From the NCBI GenBank assembly GCA_964372275.1, contig CAYJRR010000033.1, positions 1 through 37,405 of the forward strand: a stretch of 37,405 nucleotides of DNA, written 5' to 3'. The position numbers and the translations under genes are program-made. Origin of the DNA: an uncultured bacterium. GTDB taxonomy: Bacteria > CAYJRR01. Positions within the stretch are counted from its first letter, which is position 1, and each line of letters opens with the position of its first letter. The notes under the pieces were generated by a model. It made no database searches. It saw nothing but the letters and a program-made list of their open reading frames with translations, and had not been told where the DNA came from. Below are positions 28,355 through 37,241 of this stretch, piece after piece.

Positions 28355-28861
28355 ATGCGAAAAATAATGGCCGCTCTCGTCGTGCTCGCCGTGCCCTCGC
28401 TCGCCAGCATCGCCCACGCCGACCAGTTTTCCTGGATCGAGGCGGCGAAGGTGCAGAACGTGAGGGAAGCGGTTCGGACCTTGCGCCGCGTTCCGGCTTT
28501 CGAGTACTGCGAACCGTGTGGAGACGAAGCGCCGAAGCTCCTTGGAGGGCGCGTCAAGCTCGAGACCGTCCCGCAGGATTCCCGGTACCTGCGCGTGACG
28601 GTCGGAGGGAAGGAGATCGATCTCGCCTACGTCTTCGTCCAGACCGGCGAAGAGTCGCCCAGATTCGAGAACCTGGCGTGGCGCGTCGGGCTGATTCCCA
28701 GCGACGTCTCCCGCATCCTCACCCTGTCGCTGAAGGTCACGACTTCGCCGGTGCTTGATCCGTTCCCTGGATCGAACGTTTCGCGCAACGGGGACAGCAC
28801 CGGCGGGACCACCGGTGCCGCGTTTCCGTCGACGTCTACCGGAGCCGGAACCCATCGGTGA
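28355..28861 (+). CDS. Secreted hypothetical protein with CEPCGD motif
   Basis: RBS GGAGGA; signal ending AHA-DQ; YCEPCGD, IDLAYVFV, NLAWRVG; S/T/G-rich tail. Confidence 0.8.
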   Translation: MRKIMAALVVLAVPSLASIAHADQFSWIEAAKVQNVREAVRTLRRVPAFEYCEPCGDEAPKLLGGRVKLETVPQDSRYLRVTVGGKEIDLAYVFVQTGEESPRFENLAWRVGLIPSDVSRILTLSLKVTTSPVLDPFPGSNVSRNGDSTGGTTGAAFPSTSTGAGTHR

Positions 28862-28910
28862 CGTTTCCGGCGGAGCCCGATTGAAAGGCTCCGATCCTGG
28901 GAGGGGCAAG

Positions 28911-31019
28911 ATGGTACCTAGACGGGTCGTCGGCGTTCGGACGGCGGCGTTCGCGATGCTGGTCGCGTTCCTCGGCGGCCAGGTGGCGCGCGCGCAGGAC
29001 TCTTCGGGATCGGAATGCCCGACGGGGACGCTCGAGGTCGAGTCCGGCCGGCTCGGCTCGACGATCGCCGCGCTGCTGCAGGCCGCGGAGTGGCTGCCTC
29101 GCGATCCCTGCGCGGAGATCGCGGGGCCGCCGTCCCCCGCCGCCCTGCGGCAGGCGCGGAAGTACCTGGAACCGGGACCGGTCGGCGGCGGCGCGAAACC
29201 GCGTCTGACGACGATCCCGATCGTCTTCTCCGACCGTCGTGGCGCCCGACTGCTCGTCCTCTATCGGATGCAGTCGGCGGACGGCTCCGTGCGCTTCGTG
29301 GAGCCGGGCGGTCGCACCTACTCCGATCTCGAGGATTGGAAACGAAACAATCGGCTTCCACCGGGAGACGTGAGCTTTCCGGAGAACGGCGACGTTCCGG
29401 GCACCCGATGCGATCCCGTCTGGACGTCCTCGCCGACCCCGTCCACTCGGGTTTCCGCACGGTTCGTGCGAGGTCTCGACGTCGCCACGGGCGCCGCCGG
29501 AGTCACGCTCCTGGCGAGTTCCCTGGTCATCGGAACGGCCGGGACCGGCGGTGCCCTGATCGCGGCCGCCGGCTTGGGAACGGGTCTCTATGGCGGTATC
29601 CGGGCGGGATTCGACCTTCTCGACCGGGTGCGCCACGAGGAGTCGCTGAACCCGTTCTCGAGTGCGGAAGCGCGCTCGAACGAGCTCGCCCTGGCCGCCA
29701 GTATCGTTGGACTTGGTGCGACCGCGGCGAGCGTTCGAGGCTCCGTCGCCGTCGCGAAGGGGCTGAACGCGGTGGGGATCGTGCTCGCGGGCGCGGGCAC
29801 GGCGGACTTCGGTCTCCAAACGTTCCAGCAGTGGGAGCATCTCTCGCGCGCAGAGCGGACGGCGGCCCTGGCGAGGCTCGCCTTGTCCGGAACGACGACG
29901 GCCATCTCGATCCGGAACGCTTGGACCACCGGGACGTCCGCCACGGTCCGTCGCGCCGCCGGCGGCGCGGTCGAGCCGCCCCCTCTTCCCGAATACCTGG
30001 AGAAGCTGGAGCGCGCCGCGAAGCCGCTGACGCCACGGGAAGGGGGTGCTTTCCTGAGCGGACCGGCCGGCGGCGTCGAAGGCAGCTCGATGTCGAAGCA
30101 GCTGCGATCGGTCGGTCCCCATCTCCGCGCCCACGACTTGTCGCTGGAGGCCGCAGCGACATCGCCGCAGCTTCTCAAGATCGGCTCGGCCCGGGGATTC
30201 CAACGCGGCGGGCTCGCGGTCTGGAAGAATGACGTCTTCCCCGTCGACTACTTCGTGCGCCGGCATGCCGAGGGGGCCAGGGCCGAAATCGGAAAACGGG
30301 AACCGTGGTTCCGATGGGATGCTTCGCGCTCCGAGTTTGAGTTCCGCGATTCCGGGTCCAACGCACGCCTTCTCGAGCTGGTCAGGAACGGGCGGAAATC
30401 CCCGGAGAAGATCGCGCTCTACCGGGGCACCACCGCGTATGAGGCACTTCTCCTGGAGTTGGGGCGGGACGCCACCGGCGCCGCGCGGGACGCGAGTTGG
30501 CGGGAGGCGTTGCGTTCGACCCTCCGCGAGATCGTGGACTACAAGAAGTCGACGCTCGCCGCGTATGTGGAGCTCGCCAGGGAAGGAATGGTGACTGAGA
30601 CGGATGCACGCACGAGACAGGCGAAGTACGACGCCGTCGTGCGCCTCGCCGAAGACCGCATTTCGACGGCGGAACGTGCGCGGACCGCCGATCAAATCCG
30701 CGCCTTCGCACGCGACTCGCTCGACCGCCTGCTGGCGGATGGGTCCTTCGGCGGCGGTTTCGTCACGCCGGATCCGGACCGTGCCGCGATGTTCGCCAAG
30801 GGGCGCGTGGTTCGCTTCGACGTTCCATTCGAAGAGCTCGACCGGCTCCTGCGAAGCGATCGTCTCTATGTCGGGCTGGAGGCGATCGACCAGCAGCCGG
30901 CGGTGGAGATCGGCTTTCTCCCCCCCGCGGACGGCGCCGGCGGCGAGCGCCTTGGCGATCTCCTGCTCCGCTCCTTCTCGACGTCGACCGCTGCCGGAAG
31001 CTCGCAGCTGTTCAACTAG
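28911..31019 (+). CDS. Secreted polymorphic-toxin-like protein: DUF4781-like domain, hydrophobic helices, ART-like C-terminus
   Basis: RBS GGGAGG; signal ending ARA-Q; RFVEPGGRTYSDLEDWKRNNRLPPG..FPENG and DRVRHEESLNP..EARS recalled as DUF4781-like; C-terminal LYRG, GFVTPDPDRAAMFA, EIGF. Confidence 0.7.
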   Translation: MVPRRVVGVRTAAFAMLVAFLGGQVARAQDSSGSECPTGTLEVESGRLGSTIAALLQAAEWLPRDPCAEIAGPPSPAALRQARKYLEPGPVGGGAKPRLTTIPIVFSDRRGARLLVLYRMQSADGSVRFVEPGGRTYSDLEDWKRNNRLPPGDVSFPENGDVPGTRCDPVWTSSPTPSTRVSARFVRGLDVATGAAGVTLLASSLVIGTAGTGGALIAAAGLGTGLYGGIRAGFDLLDRVRHEESLNPFSSAEARSNELALAASIVGLGATAASVRGSVAVAKGLNAVGIVLAGAGTADFGLQTFQQWEHLSRAERTAALARLALSGTTTAISIRNAWTTGTSATVRRAAGGAVEPPPLPEYLEKLERAAKPLTPREGGAFLSGPAGGVEGSSMSKQLRSVGPHLRAHDLSLEAAATSPQLLKIGSARGFQRGGLAVWKNDVFPVDYFVRRHAEGARAEIGKREPWFRWDASRSEFEFRDSGSNARLLELVRNGRKSPEKIALYRGTTAYEALLLELGRDATGAARDASWREALRSTLREIVDYKKSTLAAYVELAREGMVTETDARTRQAKYDAVVRLAEDRISTAERARTADQIRAFARDSLDRLLADGSFGGGFVTPDPDRAAMFAKGRVVRFDVPFEELDRLLRSDRLYVGLEAIDQQPAVEIGFLPPADGAGGERLGDLLLRSFSTSTAAGSSQLFN

Positions 31020-31945
31020 GTGCGAATGCGATTCTTCGGCTCTCCGCTTCCGGTTCCGACGACGACGACTTCGCGCCCGCTCCGGCCCCATGCGTCCATG
31101 AACTCCTGCGCGGAGGCGGTCGAGAGCATTCCGGTGCTGTCGCGAAGCGAGACCGCCGTGACGCGTCCGTCTGCGTCCTTGTTCATCCCGGTCACCACGA
31201 CCCAATGGGCCCCTTCGGTCGAGGACAGTCGGCTTCCGTCGAACCCGACGAGCGCGATCGGGTTCTTCCCTTGGCGAACGTCGAGCTCGAGCAACGCGAG
31301 GTCGCTGCCGGCATCTCCACTGCGGCCATTTCGACGCGATGTATCGAATCCGTATCCCCGCCCGAGTCGCTGCATCGATTCCGAGTCCAGGTAGAAGCCC
31401 CATCGATTCGGCGCGCGGAGTCCCACATCCATGCTGCGTCGGATGGCCTCGTCGAGGGTGACGCCGGCATGCTGCCGTGTCGTGACGAAGGAGAAGGCCC
31501 AGGGACCGCAAAGGTTCAGATCGATCGACGGCGGCGGCTCTTCCTGAGCGGTCTGGGTCGAGAGCGCGAGCTTTTCGCGTGCCCACTTGTCCCGCAGGGC
31601 AGGCTCGTCCGCCGCGGTCGTGTCGCAGCGGCCGTTCAAACACCAGGGATCGTTACCGGTGCCGCCAACGCCGCCGGTCGCCCCGTACACGCCGCCCGGC
31701 GTGAGGCCCGACGACCGGGCCGAACCCCGTATGCCGGCGCCGGAGGGAGTCCCACCGCGAAGGCCGACGCCGCCGATGCCGCCCCCGGCGAGGATCCGAC
31801 TGACATCCCTTCCGAGGGCGTCGACGCCGATTCGAACGTCGGGCACGAGCGTATGCGCCGCCGCGACACCGGCGATCACGACGACCGAAACGACGAGCAG
31901 TTGCTCTGTGGCCGCCTGGCCGGTGGGCTGTCGGCGCCGACCCAT
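31016..31945 (-). CDS. Flp/Tad-type pilin fused to a C39-like (papain-fold) cysteine peptidase
   Basis: MGRRRQPTG|QAATEQLLVVSVVVIAGVAA (Gly -1, Glu +5, hydrophobic helix); Gly-rich linker; NLCGP, AHWVVVTG, LRDS catalytic-triad pattern. Alternative GTG start at 31963. Confidence 0.78.
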   Translation of the reverse strand: MGRRRQPTGQAATEQLLVVSVVVIAGVAAAHTLVPDVRIGVDALGRDVSRILAGGGIGGVGLRGGTPSGAGIRGSARSSGLTPGGVYGATGGVGGTGNDPWCLNGRCDTTAADEPALRDKWAREKLALSTQTAQEEPPPSIDLNLCGPWAFSFVTTRQHAGVTLDEAIRRSMDVGLRAPNRWGFYLDSESMQRLGRGYGFDTSRRNGRSGDAGSDLALLELDVRQGKNPIALVGFDGSRLSSTEGAHWVVVTGMNKDADGRVTAVSLRDSTGMLSTASAQEFMDAWGRSGREVVVVGTGSGEPKNRIRT

Positions 31946-31958
31946 TCGGGAAGAGCGA

Positions 31959-31974
31959 AGCACGACACGTGCCG
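31959..31974 (-). promoter_or_regulatory. Candidate sigma54 promoter
   Basis: CGGCACGTGTCGTGCT (GG-N10-GC); would give a nearly leaderless transcript for ATG 31945. Confidence 0.5.
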
Positions 31975-32089
31975 TCCGTGACGCACGCGGAAATGCTCGG
32001 ATACCCCTGGTGATATCGGGGGGGCTCGACTCCTGAATGGATAGTAATACCCCCAGGCACCTCCGCGAGCCACGGCCGGGCGGTCCGAC

Positions 32090-33406
32090 CTACTCGAATC
32101 CGTGTCGGCGTAGGAGATCGACCAGGTGGGAGCGGTCCATCTTCGCGTTGCGAGCGGCTTGGGAGACGTTTCCGCCCGACCGTTGCACCACCGACCGGAT
32201 GAACCGGCGCTCGAACTCGTCCACCACCACGCGCCTCGCGTCGCGGTAGGGAAGGCCCAGCAGCGGCTCGATCAAATCGCCTCCGCTCCCCGCGGCCGGA
32301 GGGTTTCGCGCGCTATCGAGCGCGGGCGCGCGGCCGGTGGCGACCATCGCCTGCACGAAGTTCCGGAGCTCGCGCACGTTACCGGGCCAATGATGGCGGA
32401 TGATCGCCCGCATCGTCTCCGGATCGACGACCGCATCGACCGAAAGTTCCGGGTCCTCTTCCCAAAGGAAGTGCTGGACGAGGGCGGCTATGTCGTCGCG
32501 CCGCTCCCGCAGCGGAGGGAGCTCGATCAGCACAACCGCCAGACGGTAGTAGAGGTCGAGCCGAAACGTCCCCTGGTTGACCTCCGCCCGCAAGTCACGG
32601 TTCGTCGCGGCGATGATCCGCACGTCGACGCCGATCTCCTCCGATCCGCCGACGCGACGGAAGCGACGCCTTTCCAGGGCGCCGAGAAGTGACGGCTGCA
32701 TCGACGCCGGTAGCTCACCGAGCTCGTCGAGGAAGACCGTCCCGCCGTTGCCCCGCTCGAACGCCCCGATGTATCGCTTTTCCGCTCCGGTGAAGGCGCC
32801 CCGTTCGTGACCGAACAGCTCGCTGGCGATGAGGCTTTGCGAGAGCGCCCCGCAGTCGACCGTCTCGAACGGCTCCTTCGACCGAGGGCTCCGGGCATGG
32901 ATCGCGCGCGCGACCAGCTCCTTGCCCGTGCCCGACTCGCCCACCACGAGTACCGACCCGTCCCCTTTCGAGATCCGGTCGATCTCGGCCATCACTCGCC
33001 GCATCGCCGGCGATCGACCGAGCAGCCCTTCGAGCGCTTCGTCTCCGTGCAACGGAACCGTGACCTCCGAGCCGTCCTCCACGCGAACCTTCGTCTTCCC
33101 GAGCGTGAGGATCGCGCCGGCCGGGACGGATCCCGTCGATACCGATGCCAGCCCGACGAAGGTCCCGTTCGTCGATCCGTGGTCGACCAATCGAATGCGG
33201 TCCGCGTCACGAATCATCTCGAGGTGGTAGCGCGACACCGTCGGATCGGTGAGCGTGACGTCGTTGCCCGGCGCGGTGCCCAGGGTCAACCGGTCGGTGG
33301 TGGCGACGATCGACAAGCCGGTGTTCGGCCCGTCGACGACGACGGCGCGAAGTCCGACCAGTGGAATCCCCTCGACGCGAGTCGGAACGGTCGTTATCGG
33401 TGGCAA
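32090..33406 (-). CDS. FHA-domain sigma54-dependent enhancer-binding protein (Fis-type HTH)
   Basis: FHA LGT..DPTVSRYH..GSTNGT; Walker A GESGTGKE; ELFGHERGAFTGA; FLDE; AATNRDL; WPGNVREL; GNVSQAARNAKMDR. TTG 33406 follows GAGGAG. Confidence 0.93.
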   Translation of the reverse strand: MPPITTVPTRVEGIPLVGLRAVVVDGPNTGLSIVATTDRLTLGTAPGNDVTLTDPTVSRYHLEMIRDADRIRLVDHGSTNGTFVGLASVSTGSVPAGAILTLGKTKVRVEDGSEVTVPLHGDEALEGLLGRSPAMRRVMAEIDRISKGDGSVLVVGESGTGKELVARAIHARSPRSKEPFETVDCGALSQSLIASELFGHERGAFTGAEKRYIGAFERGNGGTVFLDELGELPASMQPSLLGALERRRFRRVGGSEEIGVDVRIIAATNRDLRAEVNQGTFRLDLYYRLAVVLIELPPLRERRDDIAALVQHFLWEEDPELSVDAVVDPETMRAIIRHHWPGNVRELRNFVQAMVATGRAPALDSARNPPAAGSGGDLIEPLLGLPYRDARRVVVDEFERRFIRSVVQRSGGNVSQAARNAKMDRSHLVDLLRRHGFE

Positions 33407-33471
33407 TCGGTCCGTCTCCTCGTCGCGAACAATATCATTCCTCGGAGGGTCCCGCGGTATCGTGACGGAGG

Positions 33472-35583
33472 ATGACCCGGGTCGATCCGAGATTGCGGGT
33501 GCTTCTCGCGTCTTTCGGTACCGCCGCGATGCTTCCGGTGCTCGCGCCCATCGAGCGTTTGGCGTTCGACGCGCGGTTGTCATGGCGAAGGGACGGCGGA
33601 TGGCCTCCGGATCTCGTGCTCGTTCCGATCGACGATGCGGCCCTCTCGACCTACGGGCGGTGGCCGTGGCCGCGCTCGCTCCTTGCGCGCCTCCTCGAGG
33701 AGCTCGAGGCGAACGGCGTCTCGACGATTGCGCTCGATGTCGTGCTCGAGGCGAGGACGACGGAGGAGGAGGACGCGCACCTGGCGGATGCGCTCGGTCG
33801 GTCGGTGCTGGCGATCGGATACCACGCCGGCGGCGGAACGGCCGCCGACCCGGAGGTCCTTCGCGCCGCGTCGATCGGCGAGGGCGCGGCGGACGCGGCG
33901 ACGATGCCGGTCGACCGCTTTGTGACTCCTTTTCGCCCGTTCGCCGATCGGGCGGCCGGCGTCGGCCACGCGGCGCTCTTCACGCGTCGCGATGGAATCG
34001 TTCGCGGACACGTCCCCCGAATCGGGATCCCCGATCTGGATCGATCCGTCCCTTCCCTTGCTTGGGTGGCGCTCGCCCGCCATCGTGGCACCCCGCCCTC
34101 GGAGATTCCGTTGTACGAGGGGGAATCGTACCTGGACGTCGTACCGGGCGGACCCCTTCCCCGCGCGGTGCGCGCGGGCGACGTGCTGGCGGGAACCGTG
34201 GAGGCGGGTACGCTCGCTGGCGCGCTGGCCGTCGTCTACGTCGACAGTGATTTCGCGCGCGATCGGTTTCCGTCCGCGTTGGGGCCCGCGACGTCGGGGG
34301 GACTGCTACTGGCGTACGCCCTCCGGACGCTGGACGGTGGACGTGTTCCGATCCCGACTCCCCATGTCGCGGCCTTGGCGGCCCTCCTGATCCCGGTCGT
34401 GGTGCTCGCGGTCCGCGTGTCCCGGCTTTCCGCAGCACGGATCCTGTCGCTCGTCCTCGGGTCTTCCGCTGTCGTCGCTTTCGTGGGGCTCGCGGCGGTT
34501 CCGGCGCTCGATCTCTTCGTCCCCGTCGTCTCGCCGATCGCCTTTCTCGTCCTTGCCGGGTTGTCGCTCGCCGCACATTCGAGCCGGCTCGCGGAGGACG
34601 ACCGGATTCGCCTTCGCGCGCTGCTCGAGTCCGCCCGACAGGCGGACGCTCCGGAGTCGGTGACCGAGGATTCGACGAGATCCGCGCACCTTCGGCGACC
34701 GAGACGGACAGCGATCGTCGCCGACGGGGTGCTACCCGCGCTCGCCGCGGGAGTGTCGCTCGACGAGCCGGTCGCGATCGGGCGCTATTCGGTGCGTACG
34801 CTTCTGGGTCGCGGAGGGATGGGCGCGGTCTTCCTGGCGTTCGATGGCGACCTGAAACGGCCGGTCGCGTTCAAGGTGATGCGGGAGAGCGCGGGGCCGT
34901 CGTTCCAGCGATTTCGGAGGGAGGCGACCGCCGTTGCGCGCCTGGCGAACACGCACGTTGTTCAGATCCACGAGGTCGGGCTGGACGAGGTGGTTCCCTA
35001 TCTGGTGATGGAATACGTCCCCGGGGGCTCGGTCGCCGAGGCGTTGCGCGACGAGAAGCGGCTCCCGTGGTTGCGCGCGACCCGGCTCGTCGAAGGGGTC
35101 GCCAGGGGCCTGGGTGCGGCGCACGCGGCCGGCATCGTGCATCGCGATGTGAAGCCCGGGAACCTTCTCCTGGTCGATCGCGCGGGCGATGTCGCGAAGG
35201 TGACCGATTTCGGGATTGCCCGACTCGAAGGGGAATCGAGGTTGACGCGCGCCGGCACGTTTCTCGGGACCCTGGGATACGCCGCGCCCGAGCAGATTAC
35301 GGGCGGGACCGTCGATCCACGGACCGACGTCTACGCCCTGGGGATCGCGTGGTGGGAAATCGTCGTCGGAATGGCCGCACGCACCGGAAATCCGTCCGAA
35401 ATCATGGCGGCCACGATGAGCCGCCCCCTTCCGGAGGCGCGCGCGTTCGTCCCAGACCTCCCCGAGGCGGCCGCCGATCTGCTTTCCCGGATGACGTCGA
35501 TCCGTCCCGAACGCCGGCCACGCGACGGCATCGAAGTCGCCGGCGAGCTTGCGAGGCTCCTGCCGGACGAACCGCGCTCCTAG
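33472..35583 (+). CDS. CHASE2-domain membrane Ser/Thr protein kinase
   Basis: CHASE2 VPIDD..YGRWPWPRS..DGIVR, three TM helices, kinase LGRGGMGAV, VAFK, HRDVKPGN, DFG, APE, DVYALG. Confidence 0.93.
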   Translation: MTRVDPRLRVLLASFGTAAMLPVLAPIERLAFDARLSWRRDGGWPPDLVLVPIDDAALSTYGRWPWPRSLLARLLEELEANGVSTIALDVVLEARTTEEEDAHLADALGRSVLAIGYHAGGGTAADPEVLRAASIGEGAADAATMPVDRFVTPFRPFADRAAGVGHAALFTRRDGIVRGHVPRIGIPDLDRSVPSLAWVALARHRGTPPSEIPLYEGESYLDVVPGGPLPRAVRAGDVLAGTVEAGTLAGALAVVYVDSDFARDRFPSALGPATSGGLLLAYALRTLDGGRVPIPTPHVAALAALLIPVVVLAVRVSRLSAARILSLVLGSSAVVAFVGLAAVPALDLFVPVVSPIAFLVLAGLSLAAHSSRLAEDDRIRLRALLESARQADAPESVTEDSTRSAHLRRPRRTAIVADGVLPALAAGVSLDEPVAIGRYSVRTLLGRGGMGAVFLAFDGDLKRPVAFKVMRESAGPSFQRFRREATAVARLANTHVVQIHEVGLDEVVPYLVMEYVPGGSVAEALRDEKRLPWLRATRLVEGVARGLGAAHAAGIVHRDVKPGNLLLVDRAGDVAKVTDFGIARLEGESRLTRAGTFLGTLGYAAPEQITGGTVDPRTDVYALGIAWWEIVVGMAARTGNPSEIMAATMSRPLPEARAFVPDLPEAAADLLSRMTSIRPERRPRDGIEVAGELARLLPDEPRS

Positions 35584-35746
35584 TTCTACTTGTCCCCTTT
35601 TCTCGCGCACGCTCTGGAGATCGAAGACGCGATCCGGCGCCACCTGCGCCTCCACAAACTCGATCCGATGCCGTTCGTCCGGACGATGACCGCCGATGAA
35701 ATCCACGCGAGTTTCGTCCGCTTTCGCTATCGAATCTCAGGGCTGC

Positions 35747-36289
35747 TTAGGGGACGGTTGCGCGGCGCGTTTCTACGGATTCCCCCCCGACGCGGTATTC
35801 GAATTCGTCGTTCGATAGCCACCGGGCCGCGGAGTGGACAAGGGCCGCCTCCGCCGGTCCGACCGGTGCGCGCTCGACCTTCTCGGGCTTCACCTTTCCG
35901 CGAAGGTAGTCTTTGAGTTTTCGCGTCGAGACGACGTGGTAGGGACCGAAGCGGTCTTGGAGCAGCAGCACCCACTTTCCGTCGGGAGAGAAGAGTTCGA
36001 AAGCCCAATCGCTGAACTCGATTCGTCCGGACGGCTTGAATTCGTACCGCACCGGATCGCCCCGGAACTCGAAGGAGACCTTCGACGTTCCGAAGGCGAG
36101 CGGCACGCCAAGCTCGGCAGGCGGCTTCTCCCCTTCGAAAACGGCGGTCACCGTCCCGGTGGCGCTCTTTACCCGCACTGGAAAGTCGGAAGGGGCGGAG
36201 GTCGCCACCGCCATTGCCACGGATGCGGAGGCGATCTCGGCGTGTCCCGAAAAGGATACGGCGCATAGGAACGAAAGGAGAAGTTTCAT
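35747..36289 (-). CDS. Secreted hypothetical protein, candidate immunity/partner of the upstream hydrolase
   Basis: Signal-like N-terminus MKLLLSFLCAVSFSGHA; FSPDGKWVLLLQDRFGPYH; ATGA overlap with the upstream gene. Confidence 0.7.
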   Translation of the reverse strand: MKLLLSFLCAVSFSGHAEIASASVAMAVATSAPSDFPVRVKSATGTVTAVFEGEKPPAELGVPLAFGTSKVSFEFRGDPVRYEFKPSGRIEFSDWAFELFSPDGKWVLLLQDRFGPYHVVSTRKLKDYLRGKVKPEKVERAPVGPAEAALVHSAARWLSNDEFEYRVGGESVETRRATVP

Positions 36290-37152
36290 TGGACCCTCCA
36301 CGCCGCTTCCACGTCTTCGCGCGGGGCGACGATCGCCCCGGAGTTCCACGCCCACGTCTCGAGCTCTCCGTCCTCGATCAGCCGCGTGCTTTCGCAGCCA
36401 TCCGCCCAGTGCACCTCGTAGACCTTCCCGTTCAGAATCACCGCCATGTGCATTCCACCCTTCGCCGTAAGGACTCCGAAAGGAATTCGCTTCAGTCGAT
36501 CCAGTCCAGACCGGTTCGGAGTCCGGCTCGCATCCTCCGGACGATAGTCGACGATCGCTTTCGAACGGTCGACCGCCATGCCGTAGTAGGTGCCTTTCGT
36601 TCGTGCCACGTGGGCGGCGTAGCGGTGCTCGCCGTTCGAGTCGGAGGTCGTCGTGTCCGGGGCCCAGAAGAGGCCCGTCCACCCGAGATGAGACTGGAGG
36701 GCCTTCATCAGCTCGGTCCCACGAAAGCCGCCGCTCCCGCTGCTCGCGCGCGCCGAGGAAAAGACCCGGGACCAGTCGCCGCTGCGTCCGGTCGCAACGA
36801 ACGATTCCCGTAGCACGTCGATCACCCACGTCGTGCAGTCGGTCACCTGAGGGCGCGGGTGGATGCCAGCTGGCGGCGGGCCGGCCTTTGAGCCGATGAA
36901 CGTCCCGCAGCCGCGGCTCGCGATGAGCGCGTCGTGCTCCAGATCGAGGCGTCGCGCGACGGCGTTCGCGATCCGGCCGAAGGGACCGCGGAGCCCGGTA
37001 TCGATCACTTCCCGCAGGTCGGCGAGGGTGGGACTCGCGGCGTCTCCAGGACAGCCGACGTCCGGTTCCTGCTGGGCGGCTACGGACAGTGGAAGTGCGA
37101 CGACGATCGTTGCCACGCGCAGTCCGCGTACGAATGCCGGTATCTCGTTCAT
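36286..37152 (-). CDS. Secreted papain-fold (NlpC/P60-like) hydrolase candidate
   Basis: Signal ending VAA-Q; TDCTTWV (Cys), GMHMAV (His), VYEVHW (Glu/His) in NlpC/P60-like order. Confidence 0.65.
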   Translation of the reverse strand: MNEIPAFVRGLRVATIVVALPLSVAAQQEPDVGCPGDAASPTLADLREVIDTGLRGPFGRIANAVARRLDLEHDALIASRGCGTFIGSKAGPPPAGIHPRPQVTDCTTWVIDVLRESFVATGRSGDWSRVFSSARASSGSGGFRGTELMKALQSHLGWTGLFWAPDTTTSDSNGEHRYAAHVARTKGTYYGMAVDRSKAIVDYRPEDASRTPNRSGLDRLKRIPFGVLTAKGGMHMAVILNGKVYEVHWADGCESTRLIEDGELETWAWNSGAIVAPREDVEAAWRVQ

Positions 37153-37183
37153 CGTCTCGTCCACCTTCCTGAAGAGCCGGAAG

Positions 37184-37199
37184 AGCAGCCGACGTGCCG
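37184..37199 (-). promoter_or_regulatory. Candidate sigma54 promoter
   Basis: CGGCACGTCGGCTGCT (GG-N10-GC), about 32 nt upstream of ATG 37152. Confidence 0.6.
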
Positions 37200-37241
37200 A
37201 TGCCAAGTGGCCGGAAGTCGTGGAGATCGCCGTTGCGGAGT

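Noticed and set aside
28866-28886. Possible sigma54 box before the DUF4781 gene (GG..TTGAA)
   Set aside because: Spacing is 9 or 12 nt rather than the required 10; the gene may be co-transcribed from 28302.
28836-31643. Very long antisense or alternate-frame ORFs (also 19719..22955 +, 2005..4611 -, 2883..4799 +, 5607..8327 -, 11178..13649 -)
   Set aside because: Arg/Pro/Gly-rich shadows of real genes, expected in high-GC DNA; no motifs.
32001-32057. ATACCCC direct repeat upstream of the pilin-peptidase promoter
   Set aside because: Only two 7-nt copies; too weak to call a binding site.
35690-35745. CTGAGA..GGACGAAAC on the minus strand resembles a hammerhead core
   Set aside because: The CUGANGA core is incomplete, and stems I-III could not be built.
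35590-35916. 108-aa plus-strand ORF after the kinase
   Set aside because: No RBS or motif, and it overlaps the better-supported minus-strand gene; 35584-35746 may be a gene remnant but cannot be supported.
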